Shown piece after piece: positions 6,252-15,163 of a stretch of DNA of 30,541 nucleotides. The DNA lies in IMG/VR virus record IMGVR_UViG_3300027892_000107, positions 1-30,541 of that record; one strand, given 5' to 3'. Position 1 is the first letter of the stretch, and each line of letters starts with the position of its first letter. The notes under the pieces are model-generated. The model worked only from the letters and a program-made list of their open reading frames with translations, was not told the DNA's origin and ran no database searches. Source of the DNA: a virus (Duplodnaviria > Caudoviricetes). The translations under genes were made by a program, and so were the position numbers.

Positions 6252-6335
6252 GTTAAACTTTCGTAATGTTTGACTGAAATCATTAGGTTTTTTCCTGTTA
6301 ACCGAACTTTTTCGTTAATTTTTGTTAATAATAAC

Positions 6336-6377
6336 GAAAAAACCGAACGGTAACCCTTTCAAAGTTACTATTCGGTT
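6336..6377 (-). terminator. Intrinsic terminator
   Basis: AACCGAAUAGUAAC/GUUACCGUUCGGUU stem followed by a U run, just after the 6383 stop. Confidence 0.7.
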
Positions 6378-6382
6378 CAAGG

Positions 6383-6577
6383 TTACTTTTTCGTGGTGGT
6401 TCGCCAGTCGTTTGAAAAATAGTCTAAGACCATTTCAATTGCCGCGAGATATTCCTTCTTGTTCTCGATATGGCTTGTTCGTTTTTTAAGAATCGCTCTT
6501 TCATGTAGCAATTCACTTATAATGATTTCGTGAGCTTTCCACTCATCAATCTCAATGGTCGAAACAATCCTTGACAT
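6383..6577 (-). CDS. Hypothetical protein (64 aa)
   Basis: AGGAG RBS; overlaps the end of the upstream gene; followed by a terminator. Confidence 0.7.
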   Translation of the reverse strand: MSRIVSTIEIDEWKAHEIIISELLHERAILKKRTSHIENKKEYLAAIEMVLDYFSNDWRTTTKK

Positions 6578-7370
6578 TTAGCTCTCCTGCAAAATCGACA
6601 TACTTATCAGCGGAGAACTGTTTGTTCTCTGCTTTGTGGTGGTATCCGTAGGGATTGGTTAGGATCCTTGTGTTACCGATCACATAATCAAGCGTATGGT
6701 GCATGTGTCCGTGGAACCACGCGATGATTTGCGGGTGATCGCTGATGTACTCAAATAGCTCCGTAGCATAGGCCGAGTTCAGAGGATCACCTTTGAACGA
6801 TTCATGAACCGAAAGAAAGCTTGGTGCCATGTGGGTGATCACCACGACTTTCTTGTGACTCATAACACACCTCTCGATGTATCTCATACTATCATGATAC
6901 CACAGAAGAGTGTCTTCTGGAGTGTAACGAGAAGTATGATAATCGTTCATTCCGTTACGAGCTTGTTCCATGATCAGAGGATTGGCGTTACCGAAATTCG
7001 TCCAAAGAGTAGCCCCAACAAACCGGGTATCCCCAAGGTCGATTGAGTCGTTTTCCATGAACCGGATGTTGCGGTACTTAGCTACCTCTTTCCGGATAAC
7101 ATCAAGATGCGATCCGTGTGCATCATATTCTTTATTACGCCAACGATAAAGTTCGTGGTTGCCGGCGATGATCAGAACGAATGGAAACTGTTCGCTGATG
7201 TGGGCCAGAAACTTGTGATATAGCTTCCGGCGCTTTGGGTTCTGGTCGATAAAGTCGTACGCCAGAAAGATGTCTCCGGCGAGAACCAGGACATCGGCGT
7301 TGTTTTTGTTTAATGGAAGAATCGGGTTCCCGAACTCTATATGAAGGTCGGACATGTAGGCAATACGCAT
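6552..7370 (-). CDS. Calcineurin-like metallophosphoesterase
   Basis: Motifs SDLH, LAGD, GNHE, THMAP, HGHMH. Confidence 0.92.
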   Translation of the reverse strand: MRIAYMSDLHIEFGNPILPLNKNNADVLVLAGDIFLAYDFIDQNPKRRKLYHKFLAHISEQFPFVLIIAGNHELYRWRNKEYDAHGSHLDVIRKEVAKYRNIRFMENDSIDLGDTRFVGATLWTNFGNANPLIMEQARNGMNDYHTSRYTPEDTLLWYHDSMRYIERCVMSHKKVVVITHMAPSFLSVHESFKGDPLNSAYATELFEYISDHPQIIAWFHGHMHHTLDYVIGNTRILTNPYGYHHKAENKQFSADKYVDFAGELNVKDCFDH

Positions 7371-7394
7371 GATGTGTTCCTTTTATCAACAGCC

Positions 7395-7423
7395 AGTATA
7401 CTCCTTTTATCCAGGGAAGTCAA
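7395..7423 (-). promoter_or_regulatory. sigma70-type promoter
   Basis: TTGACT-N17-TATACT. Confidence 0.8.
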
Positions 7424-7435
7424 TCAAAATCTGAA

Positions 7436-7505
7436 TTTTATCGTTTACGATAAAAACAGGACTTGATGCTCCCGAATAGGATACATTTTATCGTTTACGA
7501 TAAAA
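7436..7505. repeat. Two identical 20-bp palindromes TTTTATCGTTTACGATAAAA, 50 bp apart
   Basis: Copies at 7436-7455 and 7486-7505, upstream of the -35 box. Confidence 0.85.
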
Positions 7506-7536
7506 GAATGGGGCGACCCCCGAAAAGGTCGCCCCA
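7502..7536 (-). terminator. Intrinsic terminator
   Basis: GGGGCGACCUU-UUCG-GGGGUCGCCCC then AUUCUUUU. Confidence 0.85.
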
Positions 7537-7685
7537 AGGCTTGGATGGTTGCGTAACGAGAAGAACCCCACTTACCGACTAATCGGCTACCTCGTCTATT
7601 CCGTCGTCCTCTGTGATCAGAGAGAACGCTTGCCACAGAAAACGCAGAGCGAATCATATACGTTTTCAACACAACCCATCAGTGA
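7505..7685 (-). ncRNA. Putative late small structured RNA (~180 nt)
   Basis: Lies between TATAAATA (7689-7696) and the terminator; ends pair; several internal stems. Confidence 0.55.
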
Positions 7686-7688
7686 AGC

Positions 7689-7696
7689 TATTTATA
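7689..7696 (-). promoter_or_regulatory. T4-type late promoter TATAAATA
   Basis: Exact match in intergenic DNA. Confidence 0.7.
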
Positions 7697-7718
7697 CATC
7701 GGAGATTAGCTACTGGGA

Positions 7719-7868
7719 TTAAATCGTATTAATTTTCCGACTTTTCAGCATTTCTTTAAATGTCTGTAGAACAAAGTCTGGTGGTCCAGCTTTCCCAAAA
7801 CCCTTTAGATCGGGTTTCGCTTTACCAGCACCAACTTTTTCGTTCAATACGTCTTTGAGCTTTCTCAT
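7719..7868 (-). CDS. Small basic protein (49 aa, MRKLKDVLNEK...)
   Basis: ATGA overlap with the helicase stop; fills the gap. Confidence 0.5.
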   Translation of the reverse strand: MRKLKDVLNEKVGAGKAKPDLKGFGKAGPPDFVLQTFKEMLKSRKINTI

Positions 7869-9304
7869 ATCAGCGTCCTCAGCTTGGATTTACGATATTC
7901 CGGGTCGTCATTCATACGATTTCCTGCATCTGAGTGGTCAAAAACAGGGGTATCGTCTTCCTCATCTTTCTTTACACCGGCATCGGTTAATCCTTCCTGG
8001 GCTGATTGTTCTGTATCATAAAGTCTCATTTTAGCTCGATCGACGCCTACCACGAATTTCTTGTGGTAGTTTAGATCACCATAACGGTTCTTCAATTGGA
8101 TTACAAGAATCTGGTTTAGAGCGTTAAGTTGTTCGTTAGAAACAAGACCAAACATGAAGTCTGCCGTTGCAGGCAAACCGAATGATTCAGAAGTATCAGT
8201 CAGGCTAAGGTCACTACTATCATAACCACCACGTGTAGTTTGGGTAGCAGAGAAGATTGGCACGTTGAACTCGATGGCTAGACCACGGAGCTCTTCAGCA
8301 ATCGCCTTGATATATGTATAAGAATTAGCATTTGCAGAAGCTTTGATACGCGAGCTAATACAAATGTTCAAATAGTCAATGTAGATGATGTCTGGTTTGA
8401 ACTTCTTCTTAAGAGCCAGCTCGTTTAGAAGATGGCGGAAGTTGGCTGAACCAGCACATGCAGTTGGGTACTCTTTGACGATCAGTTTACCGTCAGTCTT
8501 TTTACGGAGTTTATTGATCTTCTTGACGAATGTATCCTTCGGCATCTGCACGAGATCATCGAGCTTAATGTCCAGTAGGTTTGCGTCAATACGTTCAGAG
8601 ATGCGTTCTTCCGCCATCTCTAGTGTGATGTAGAGGACATTAAGTCCACTCATAATGTTGTGAGCAGCACAGTGACACATGAAGAGGGATTTACCCACAC
8701 CTGTGCCGGCCAGAGCGATATTAAGTGTTTTCTTAGAAACACCACCCTTGGTGATCTTATTGAAGAACTCTAGATCGAAGGGGATCTTGTGTTCTTTGCG
8801 GCTGAAGAAGTCAAAGCGGTCTTCAGCATCAACAAGATAATCGTGACCGATATTGGTATCAAAACTAACGCCGAGAGCATCAGAAAGAAGCTGAGGAATT
8901 GAACCAGCGGATAAACGGTCACTTGACTTATCTCCATCAACAACTTGGATTGCTTGCATTAGTGCATTATACAGAGCCTTGTCCTTACAAAACTCTTCTG
9001 TCTTATCAAGAAGCCACTCAGGCTCATACGCTTCTTCAATCAGAGTTAGTTCTTTAATTTCACCGATCAGTTCTTTGGCTTCGCTGAACTGATTTTCATT
9101 CATATCCGACTTATTCAGTAGGTCGATTACAAGGGCTTCCGGTGTAGGAAAACCCTTGTATCGATTGACGTGATTTTCAATAAGCTCGAAAACGATCTGG
9201 TCAGTCTTGTCTTGAAAGTATTCTCCCTTGAGGAATGGGATGACCTTGCGGGCATACGCTTCATTATTAACTAGATTTGAGAAGATGACGTTTTCGAGTC
9301 TCAT
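7865..9304 (-). CDS. 41: T4 gp41-like replicative DNA helicase
   Basis: Walker A AGTGVGKS, YITLEMAEE, IYIDYLNI, IAEELRG, SESFGLPATAD, LKNRYGD. Confidence 0.97.
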   Translation of the reverse strand: MRLENVIFSNLVNNEAYARKVIPFLKGEYFQDKTDQIVFELIENHVNRYKGFPTPEALVIDLLNKSDMNENQFSEAKELIGEIKELTLIEEAYEPEWLLDKTEEFCKDKALYNALMQAIQVVDGDKSSDRLSAGSIPQLLSDALGVSFDTNIGHDYLVDAEDRFDFFSRKEHKIPFDLEFFNKITKGGVSKKTLNIALAGTGVGKSLFMCHCAAHNIMSGLNVLYITLEMAEERISERIDANLLDIKLDDLVQMPKDTFVKKINKLRKKTDGKLIVKEYPTACAGSANFRHLLNELALKKKFKPDIIYIDYLNICISSRIKASANANSYTYIKAIAEELRGLAIEFNVPIFSATQTTRGGYDSSDLSLTDTSESFGLPATADFMFGLVSNEQLNALNQILVIQLKNRYGDLNYHKKFVVGVDRAKMRLYDTEQSAQEGLTDAGVKKDEEDDTPVFDHSDAGNRMNDDPEYRKSKLRTLI

Positions 9305-10474
9305 TTAGGCTCTTTTCTTTTTTGCAGTAACTTTTCGTTTCGACTTGATTTTGGTAATTGCTTCGGAATCTTCTTCAGCTTCCTCAAAGACTTCATCGAC
9401 TTCTTCATCGAGTTCTTCGCTGGTTGAACCACCACCGTAGCTGTATGTGGCATTCACATACTTCTCAAGACGCTCAAGCACATCGGTGGTGAAGAACTTA
9501 TCAGGGTTCTTGTAGATGGCTTTCTCGAAGTATCCTGATCCATTGATTTTGATACCCTTGGCAGCTTTATCCCAGATACCAGCCTCAATACACATTTCGT
9601 GTAGGCCATAGTAACGATCAAGTCCGGTCTTGTAGGACAGCTTTACTGTGACCATCTGGTTCTCTTTTGAGAGACGAGACTTGTACATACGCACGCGGAT
9701 TAGTGAACCGATCACATCCTTACCATCACGGTCTTTTGATTTAGACAGCATAGCAATTGTAGAAGCGGCATACTTGAAGCCGGAACCACCAGACATTTCG
9801 TTTGTTGGAACGTAGGCACCGATGGCAGCGTAGACGTGGTTTGTCACGAGCATGGGAACCTTGGCGCGAGCCATCTTAAGTGTAAGAACGCGGAAAGCCG
9901 CTTTGATAATACCAGGCTTCGTCATGTCCTTGGTTTCTGCACCCTTCTCGGTATCCTCAATTTCCTTGGTTGAGGAGAGCATTCCGAGCGAGTCAAGAAC
10001 AAACATCATCTTAGGACGTTTAGCTTCCGGCGTCTTAATGTATGCATCAAGCATCTTCAGAGCATGGTGGCGGAACTTCTGAATCGTCTCTGGTTCAGAA
10101 ATAACAACACGCTTCGTATCAATACCACGCGACTCCATCATCTGTTTTGTAACAGCGGCTTCTGAATCGTAGTAGATAACGATACCATCTTCATACTTGT
10201 CTTGGAAGGCTTTCACAATACCGAGAACGAAGAAGGTCTTACCAGTGGCAGACTCACCCGCGAAACCAGTCGATTTGTTATCGGCTATACCACCATACAG
10301 TGAACCAGACAGAACTGCATTCAGAGCATAGCTACCGGTATCTACCCAACCACTAAATTCTGCCGCAGCAACGCCGTCGGCAGCTACGGATGTATTCTCA
10401 TCTGGAAACTCCATAATGAGATCGCGCAGAAAGTCTGTCTTCTGCGCTTTTGTTGTATTTGGTTTTCTTCCCAT
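9305..10474 (-). CDS. uvsX: UvsX RecA-like recombinase
   Basis: DTGSYALN, AGESATGKT, YDSEAA, LDSLGML, MSGGSG; next to gene 41; start MGRKP after AAGGGA. Confidence 0.95.
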   Translation of the reverse strand: MGRKPNTTKAQKTDFLRDLIMEFPDENTSVAADGVAAAEFSGWVDTGSYALNAVLSGSLYGGIADNKSTGFAGESATGKTFFVLGIVKAFQDKYEDGIVIYYDSEAAVTKQMMESRGIDTKRVVISEPETIQKFRHHALKMLDAYIKTPEAKRPKMMFVLDSLGMLSSTKEIEDTEKGAETKDMTKPGIIKAAFRVLTLKMARAKVPMLVTNHVYAAIGAYVPTNEMSGGSGFKYAASTIAMLSKSKDRDGKDVIGSLIRVRMYKSRLSKENQMVTVKLSYKTGLDRYYGLHEMCIEAGIWDKAAKGIKINGSGYFEKAIYKNPDKFFTTDVLERLEKYVNATYSYGGGSTSEELDEEVDEVFEEAEEDSEAITKIKSKRKVTAKKKRA

Positions 10475-10506
10475 ATTAATCCCTTTGCAGTTTAGCATGT
10501 TCTCTC

Positions 10507-10535
10507 AGTATACTCGCTCGGCGCGAGAAAGTCAA
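10507..10535 (-). promoter_or_regulatory. sigma70-type promoter for uvsX-41
   Basis: TTGACT-N17-TATACT. Confidence 0.8.
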
Positions 10536-10536
10536 G

Positions 10537-10920
10537 TCAATCTTCCCTATTATAAATGTCGTGAAGCTTTTTCTTGAACATCTGGATTCTCTCTGAGCGA
10601 TTAGGCCAGTGGATGTATGGATTTTTGTCTGCGTCTTTCATCAGATTATCCAGCAATGGCACGATTGCATCATACATTTCTTTTGTTCGTTTATCAGCCA
10701 GAGCTTGTGCATCGCTGGCGCGAACCATGCTTTCTTTAATATCACCAGTAACTTCTGGTAGAGATTTAATAGTCTCAACTTCCATGGTGCTGAAACCAAA
10801 GTCTTCAGCGGTGGAGAATCTTAATTGATCTTCTGGTCCTGCCATAACTTTTCCTTTTTTAACCCAATCAACAGGGTCTATGCTTCCTACGGTTCCTATG
10901 ATCCTATCGCTCCTGGGCAT
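10537..10920 (-). CDS. Hypothetical phage protein (YIHWPNR motif)
   Basis: Colinear ORF between gp43 and uvsX. Confidence 0.75.
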   Translation of the reverse strand: MPRSDRIIGTVGSIDPVDWVKKGKVMAGPEDQLRFSTAEDFGFSTMEVETIKSLPEVTGDIKESMVRASDAQALADKRTKEMYDAIVPLLDNLMKDADKNPYIHWPNRSERIQMFKKKLHDIYNRED

Positions 10921-11044
10921 TGATGATTACCTTATTGTATTCAAGTTTGTCCAGCCGATCATCCACGGAACACTGATTTACAATTAGAAAGATAATCACA
11001 ATCAGCAAAATCCAGTTACTACCACCATCATTTTTTTCAGTCAT
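10904..11044 (-). CDS. Small single-TM protein (46 aa)
   Basis: ATG at 11044 overlapping the gp43 end; WILLIVIIFLIV helix. Confidence 0.6.
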   Translation of the reverse strand: MTEKNDGGSNWILLIVIIFLIVNQCSVDDRLDKLEYNKVIINAQER

Positions 11045-13541
11045 TAAAGAAGTCCTCCAATGTTGCCACCTTCTCGGTGTTCCAGCCAATCGTACTAATA
11101 ACACTTTTCAGTGGTTCGATAAACGCTTTATCGAATTGCTTTTCGTGGTCGATGTATTTTTCGAGACCAAATTCCGGAGGCATGGCAGAAGAACAACCAA
11201 GGACTTCTGTCTGGAACGGATTAGGCATCTTCATGTATGCAAACTTAATCTTTGAACCAGACATGATCTTCTCGTACTTACCGGAAAGACCCTTCTTATC
11301 AAGGATGTTGTTATAAGCTAGAGCCGCCTTAACCTGGATAGGTGTGCCGGAAGCGTAACCCGTTTTGGTTTCCCACTTCTCAATATTCTTAACACCGCGT
11401 GGGAAAGCGACCTCATCAAACGGGAGGGTCTTAAAGGTTTCACGGAACTCCGCGATGAACTTATGAAGATCCTCTTCAGTCTCGTTCATGAGAATCTCAA
11501 AGGACTTCTTCAGGTTCGTACGGCAAGCGGCGGGTGTTGAAGACTTGACGGCTTCAATACCCATCATCTTCAGCTTAGGCTTTTCATATAGAACTCCCTC
11601 AAGGTCCCAGACGTTGAGGATGTACATTTTCTTGGCTTTCCAGATGGCTTTGTTCGAGATTGCCTCTCGCTTCATCTTCATCTTCTGTTCCATCGCGTTC
11701 ATGTACTCGCGAAGTTCCTCGTAGCACTTATCAATGTAAGGCTCGAGTTTCTCATTCGTCAGCTGATCGATGAACTTGACAATCTTGATTTCGTCTTTCT
11801 GATCAGGCATAACCTTGTTCACCAGAGCATCAAGCGTCAGGTAAACGGAGTCGGTATCAGAAGCAATACAGTAGTCAACACCTGTAGTGCTCATGATCTT
11901 ATTCAGATACTGGTTTAGCTTTCGTTCGATCCAGCGAATTGATAATTGACCAGACATGGTAATAGCTTCCGCAAACTTTGGATCGAACCAACGGAACCAC
12001 TCATTTCCCAATGCACCGTAGGCTGAGTTAAGTTGGATCTTCTTGGCTTTCTGTAGATTATCCAAGGCAGCAATGCGTTTGGTGAGCGATTCATCTTTTG
12101 TCTCGTTGAATTGTTTCTTCAGTTCTTTCAGTTCTTTCTGGTAGACTGTACGGTCGATGTACATCTTGTACATTAGAGCAGGCAGGAAGCCTGGTCCGTC
12201 ACGCATGTAAGCTGTACCGTTCGCGGCGTAACTGTGATCGCGCGGAGCAGCATACTTACCTGTAAGGAGCTCATCAATTGATGGGAACTCTGTATCCCAG
12301 TGTACAAACTTCTCCGGAGAGATGTTGTATTGCATAATCAGGTGAGGATACAGCGAGTTCAAGTCAAGTGAGATTACCCACTTAGACAAACCAGTTCGCG
12401 GTTCCTTAACATAACCACCGACGATCGTGTAGTCACCCTTGTGCTTCTTGAACTGTGGAATAACCGTCTTAGTCTTCATCAACTCGTTGTGAATGATAAC
12501 ATCCCACTGCTTCACGGAGCCGAGGGTATCTTCAAAGTTGATCTTGGCATCGAAGGCCATAGCATAGACAAGTTCGATCAGCTTCATCTTATCTTCAAGA
12601 CGATCGATGAGCTCAACGTCTTTGATGTTGTATTCGATGAACTTCTGGTAGTTCTCTTTGTACAACTGTTCAAGGTTTGAATATTCAGAGAAGTCCAGCT
12701 TACGTTCACCAAGCTCGACAAAGGCAATGTGGTCGAGGCGGTATGATTCTTGCTGAGTGTATGTGAACTTCTTGTACAGATTGATGTAGTCGAGAACGTT
12801 CACACCAACAGGCGTGTAAGCTTGTTGCTTCTTACCGCGCATTTCAACTTCGTACTCGCGGAGAGTTTTCCAAGGAGACAGGCGCTTAGCATCTTCCGGC
12901 GTACATACGCGTGTGATGCGGTTAACCAGATACGGAATATCGAAGAACTCGATGTTCCAACCAGTGATGCAATCAGGACTCAGCTGCTCCCACTTCTGAA
13001 GAAACTTGAACAGAAGATCCTGCTCAGTCTTACAGCTGTAGTATGTGATGTTGGGACCATGCGGAACATAGTCGCCGCAGGTCCCAGGAGGAAGTCCGTA
13101 AACGTATTTGTGACCCTTGTGAGAAAGGGTGATCGCGGTAACTTCTTTATCGGCCGTTCCAATGTCAGGAAAGCCACCTTCAGAACTTACCTCGATGTCG
13201 ATACCCACGGAAACAATAAGAGCGGGATCATAAGAGATCTGCTTGCGGTATCGGTCGTTGATGTAAAGATAAACGAAATCAGTTAGACCGTAAATCTCCA
13301 TCCCGGAAACTTCGTCATACTGCTTGATGAACTCTCGAGCCTCAGACATTGACTCAAACTCCATCTTCCCGACGGGCTTGCCTTCAATGGTTCTGTAATC
13401 TGTTTCTCCTGTTCCTTGTTGAGGGATAAAGAGATACGGCTTGTATTTGACTTTACGATTAAATCGGTGCCCGTTCTCGTCAAATCCACGAACAAGCAGA
13501 TTATTGGATTGTCGAGAAACGTTTGTATAAAAAGCCGACAT
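11037..13541 (-). CDS. 43: T4 gp43-like family B DNA polymerase
   Basis: Exo DIEV, GWNIEFFD, YNIKDV; pol DLNSLYP, KIQLNSAYG, SDTDS; C-terminal clamp-binding TLEDFF. Confidence 0.98.
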   Translation of the reverse strand: MSAFYTNVSRQSNNLLVRGFDENGHRFNRKVKYKPYLFIPQQGTGETDYRTIEGKPVGKMEFESMSEAREFIKQYDEVSGMEIYGLTDFVYLYINDRYRKQISYDPALIVSVGIDIEVSSEGGFPDIGTADKEVTAITLSHKGHKYVYGLPPGTCGDYVPHGPNITYYSCKTEQDLLFKFLQKWEQLSPDCITGWNIEFFDIPYLVNRITRVCTPEDAKRLSPWKTLREYEVEMRGKKQQAYTPVGVNVLDYINLYKKFTYTQQESYRLDHIAFVELGERKLDFSEYSNLEQLYKENYQKFIEYNIKDVELIDRLEDKMKLIELVYAMAFDAKINFEDTLGSVKQWDVIIHNELMKTKTVIPQFKKHKGDYTIVGGYVKEPRTGLSKWVISLDLNSLYPHLIMQYNISPEKFVHWDTEFPSIDELLTGKYAAPRDHSYAANGTAYMRDGPGFLPALMYKMYIDRTVYQKELKELKKQFNETKDESLTKRIAALDNLQKAKKIQLNSAYGALGNEWFRWFDPKFAEAITMSGQLSIRWIERKLNQYLNKIMSTTGVDYCIASDTDSVYLTLDALVNKVMPDQKDEIKIVKFIDQLTNEKLEPYIDKCYEELREYMNAMEQKMKMKREAISNKAIWKAKKMYILNVWDLEGVLYEKPKLKMMGIEAVKSSTPAACRTNLKKSFEILMNETEEDLHKFIAEFRETFKTLPFDEVAFPRGVKNIEKWETKTGYASGTPIQVKAALAYNNILDKKGLSGKYEKIMSGSKIKFAYMKMPNPFQTEVLGCSSAMPPEFGLEKYIDHEKQFDKAFIEPLKSVISTIGWNTEKVATLEDFFND

Positions 13542-13568
13542 TTATACTCTTTCGCTATCTGAACTCTC

Positions 13569-13597
13569 AGTATACTACGAGACGACTAGGTTGTCAA
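13569..13597 (-). promoter_or_regulatory. sigma70-type promoter for gene 43
   Basis: TTGACA-N17-TATACT. Confidence 0.85.
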
Positions 13598-13602
13598 GCA
13601 TT

Positions 13603-13842
13603 TTACAGTAATGTTGGTGTAATTTTGAAGCTCGCACCAATGTGTTTTAAATCAATTTCAACCTTTTTGGCTTCTGACTTAGTCATAGGATTTGGTTGAA
13701 AGCGAACACTGTTAGGTTCACCCATTTGTCCCCAGGTATATTTGATGATGACACTTTGGTGTCTGAAAAGATCGTGGACGAACATATATGTTTCATCCAC
13801 TACTACGTCAAACATATAAAGAACTGGTACTTGTTTCATCAC
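13603..13842 (-). CDS. Hypothetical protein
   Basis: Coupled to the deaminase stop. Confidence 0.65.
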   Translation of the reverse strand: MMKQVPVLYMFDVVVDETYMFVHDLFRHQSVIIKYTWGQMGEPNSVRFQPNPMTKSEAKKVEIDLKHIGASFKITPTLL

Positions 13843-14285
13843 TCTTGAATTTCAATCTCAACGCCCGCTTCGCGAAACATTAGAGAAGAAATTTTCCAGT
13901 TGTAGACATCAGCATCCCAATCATAATCTTTGAATTTTTCAGGATCTGGTCTAAGGACTACTTTCTTGATGCCTTTCTGGATCATTGACTTGGCGCACTC
14001 AGCGCAAGGCATAAGAGATACAAACATCGTGCATCCATCAACAGTAAGAGAAGCGTTATCCAAAGCATTCCGCTCAGCGTGACAAACCAACTTGTACTTA
14101 AGAGGACGGTCGTTGTATCTTGCTTCCATGTCATCTACACCGCGAGGAAACCCGTTGTATCCAACAGACACAACACGTTTATCTGTATCAACGATGACAG
14201 CACCGACTTTGGTGCTTGGGTCTTTAGACCAACTTGCTACAAGATCTGCTAGCTCTAAGAATCGTAGGTTCCACTTACTGTTCAT
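13839..14285 (-). CDS. cd: dCMP deaminase
   Basis: SKDPSTKVGA, GYNGFPRG, HAERNA, PCAEC zinc motifs. Confidence 0.95.
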   Translation of the reverse strand: MNSKWNLRFLELADLVASWSKDPSTKVGAVIVDTDKRVVSVGYNGFPRGVDDMEARYNDRPLKYKLVCHAERNALDNASLTVDGCTMFVSLMPCAECAKSMIQKGIKKVVLRPDPEKFKDYDWDADVYNWKISSLMFREAGVEIEIQE

Positions 14286-14689
14286 CCTTGGTATCCTCGT
14301 TCTTTAATAACAACATTATTGATCTCGATGTAATCACACAGAGAAAGCCAGATCTTAGGGAACTTCTCAGGAGTTACACCGGTATTGTCTCGGATCGCAA
14401 GACGTTTACCTTCAGCAAAGGCTTGAGTAAGAGCTTCAACCGCATCGTTGTGATTCGGGTGCAGTTTACGAAACCTCTTGATTCCTTCAAGAGAGTAATA
14501 CACAAGTCCCGGTGGTTTTGTGGGAGTTTTTGGTTTCGGATCAGGAACTGCTTTCAGTTCTCTCTGAGGAGCAGTAGGTCTTTTAGTTATCAAAGTCTTC
14601 TTGCGAACTGCCGAAGCCCTCGTACGTTTCACTGCTTCCGTTTTCTTCTTCGTCGGTTTCTTCGTAGAAGTTGTTGTTTTCTTTGGCAT
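14282..14689 (-). CDS. Hypothetical protein with Lys/Thr-rich N-terminus
   Basis: AAGGA RBS; ATGA-coupled to the deaminase. Confidence 0.7.
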   Translation of the reverse strand: MPKKTTTSTKKPTKKKTEAVKRTRASAVRKKTLITKRPTAPQRELKAVPDPKPKTPTKPPGLVYYSLEGIKRFRKLHPNHNDAVEALTQAFAEGKRLAIRDNTGVTPEKFPKIWLSLCDYIEINNVVIKERGYQG

Positions 14690-14819
14690 CTTGTAGTTCC
14701 TTCACCGCCTCTGCAAGTTGAATTAGCGAGCTCAAAATTGTACTGTTGTTAACAGGCCTGTCGGTATCAAGGATGCGGACAAGGTTCTGGATAAGCGATT
14801 CAATCTTAGTCATGTTCAA
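14583..14819 (-). CDS. Hypothetical acidic protein (78 aa)
   Basis: Coupled to the upstream stop; overlaps the next gene by 107 nt. Confidence 0.6.
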   Translation of the reverse strand: MNMTKIESLIQNLVRILDTDRPVNNSTILSSLIQLAEAVKELQDAKENNNFYEETDEEENGSSETYEGFGSSQEDFDN

Positions 14820-15163
14820 TTTCCCATCTCATTGTAAAAGCTTTTCACTTGCTCATCAGTCATAAAGTTCGGCATAGGAAGTCCGGTGTCGTCATCTGGA
14901 ATCATCACGATCCACATATTAGGTTTAAGAACAACTTCACTCCACTGATCAAACATAATTAGATCGCTTCCACGATACTTGAATTTTCGACCTTTGAGAT
15001 GTTTCTTACACCATCTCTCGAAACCCAACACGTAATCTATAGAACCAGCAAGCTGTTCCTGTTCAAAAGGATACAAATCTTTTTCTGGGGAAAAGGTGAT
15101 AAATCCGCGCCATTGAATAGCATCAAACTCATTATCAACAGGTTTCGGTTTCAATTTAGCCAT
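14816..15163 (-). CDS. Hypothetical protein (115 aa)
   Basis: GAGGA RBS; TAATG coupling. Confidence 0.75.
   Translation of the reverse strand: MAKLKPKPVDNEFDAIQWRGFITFSPEKDLYPFEQEQLAGSIDYVLGFERWCKKHLKGRKFKYRGSDLIMFDQWSEVVLKPNMWIVMIPDDDTGLPMPNFMTDEQVKSFYNEMGN

Noticed and set aside
7445-7672. 75-aa ORF
   Set aside because: TTG start, no RBS, runs through a terminator and palindromes
11037-13541. Intron or intein in the polymerase (also checked in the helicase and UvsX)
   Set aside because: Frames are continuous, motifs are normally spaced and lengths are ordinary
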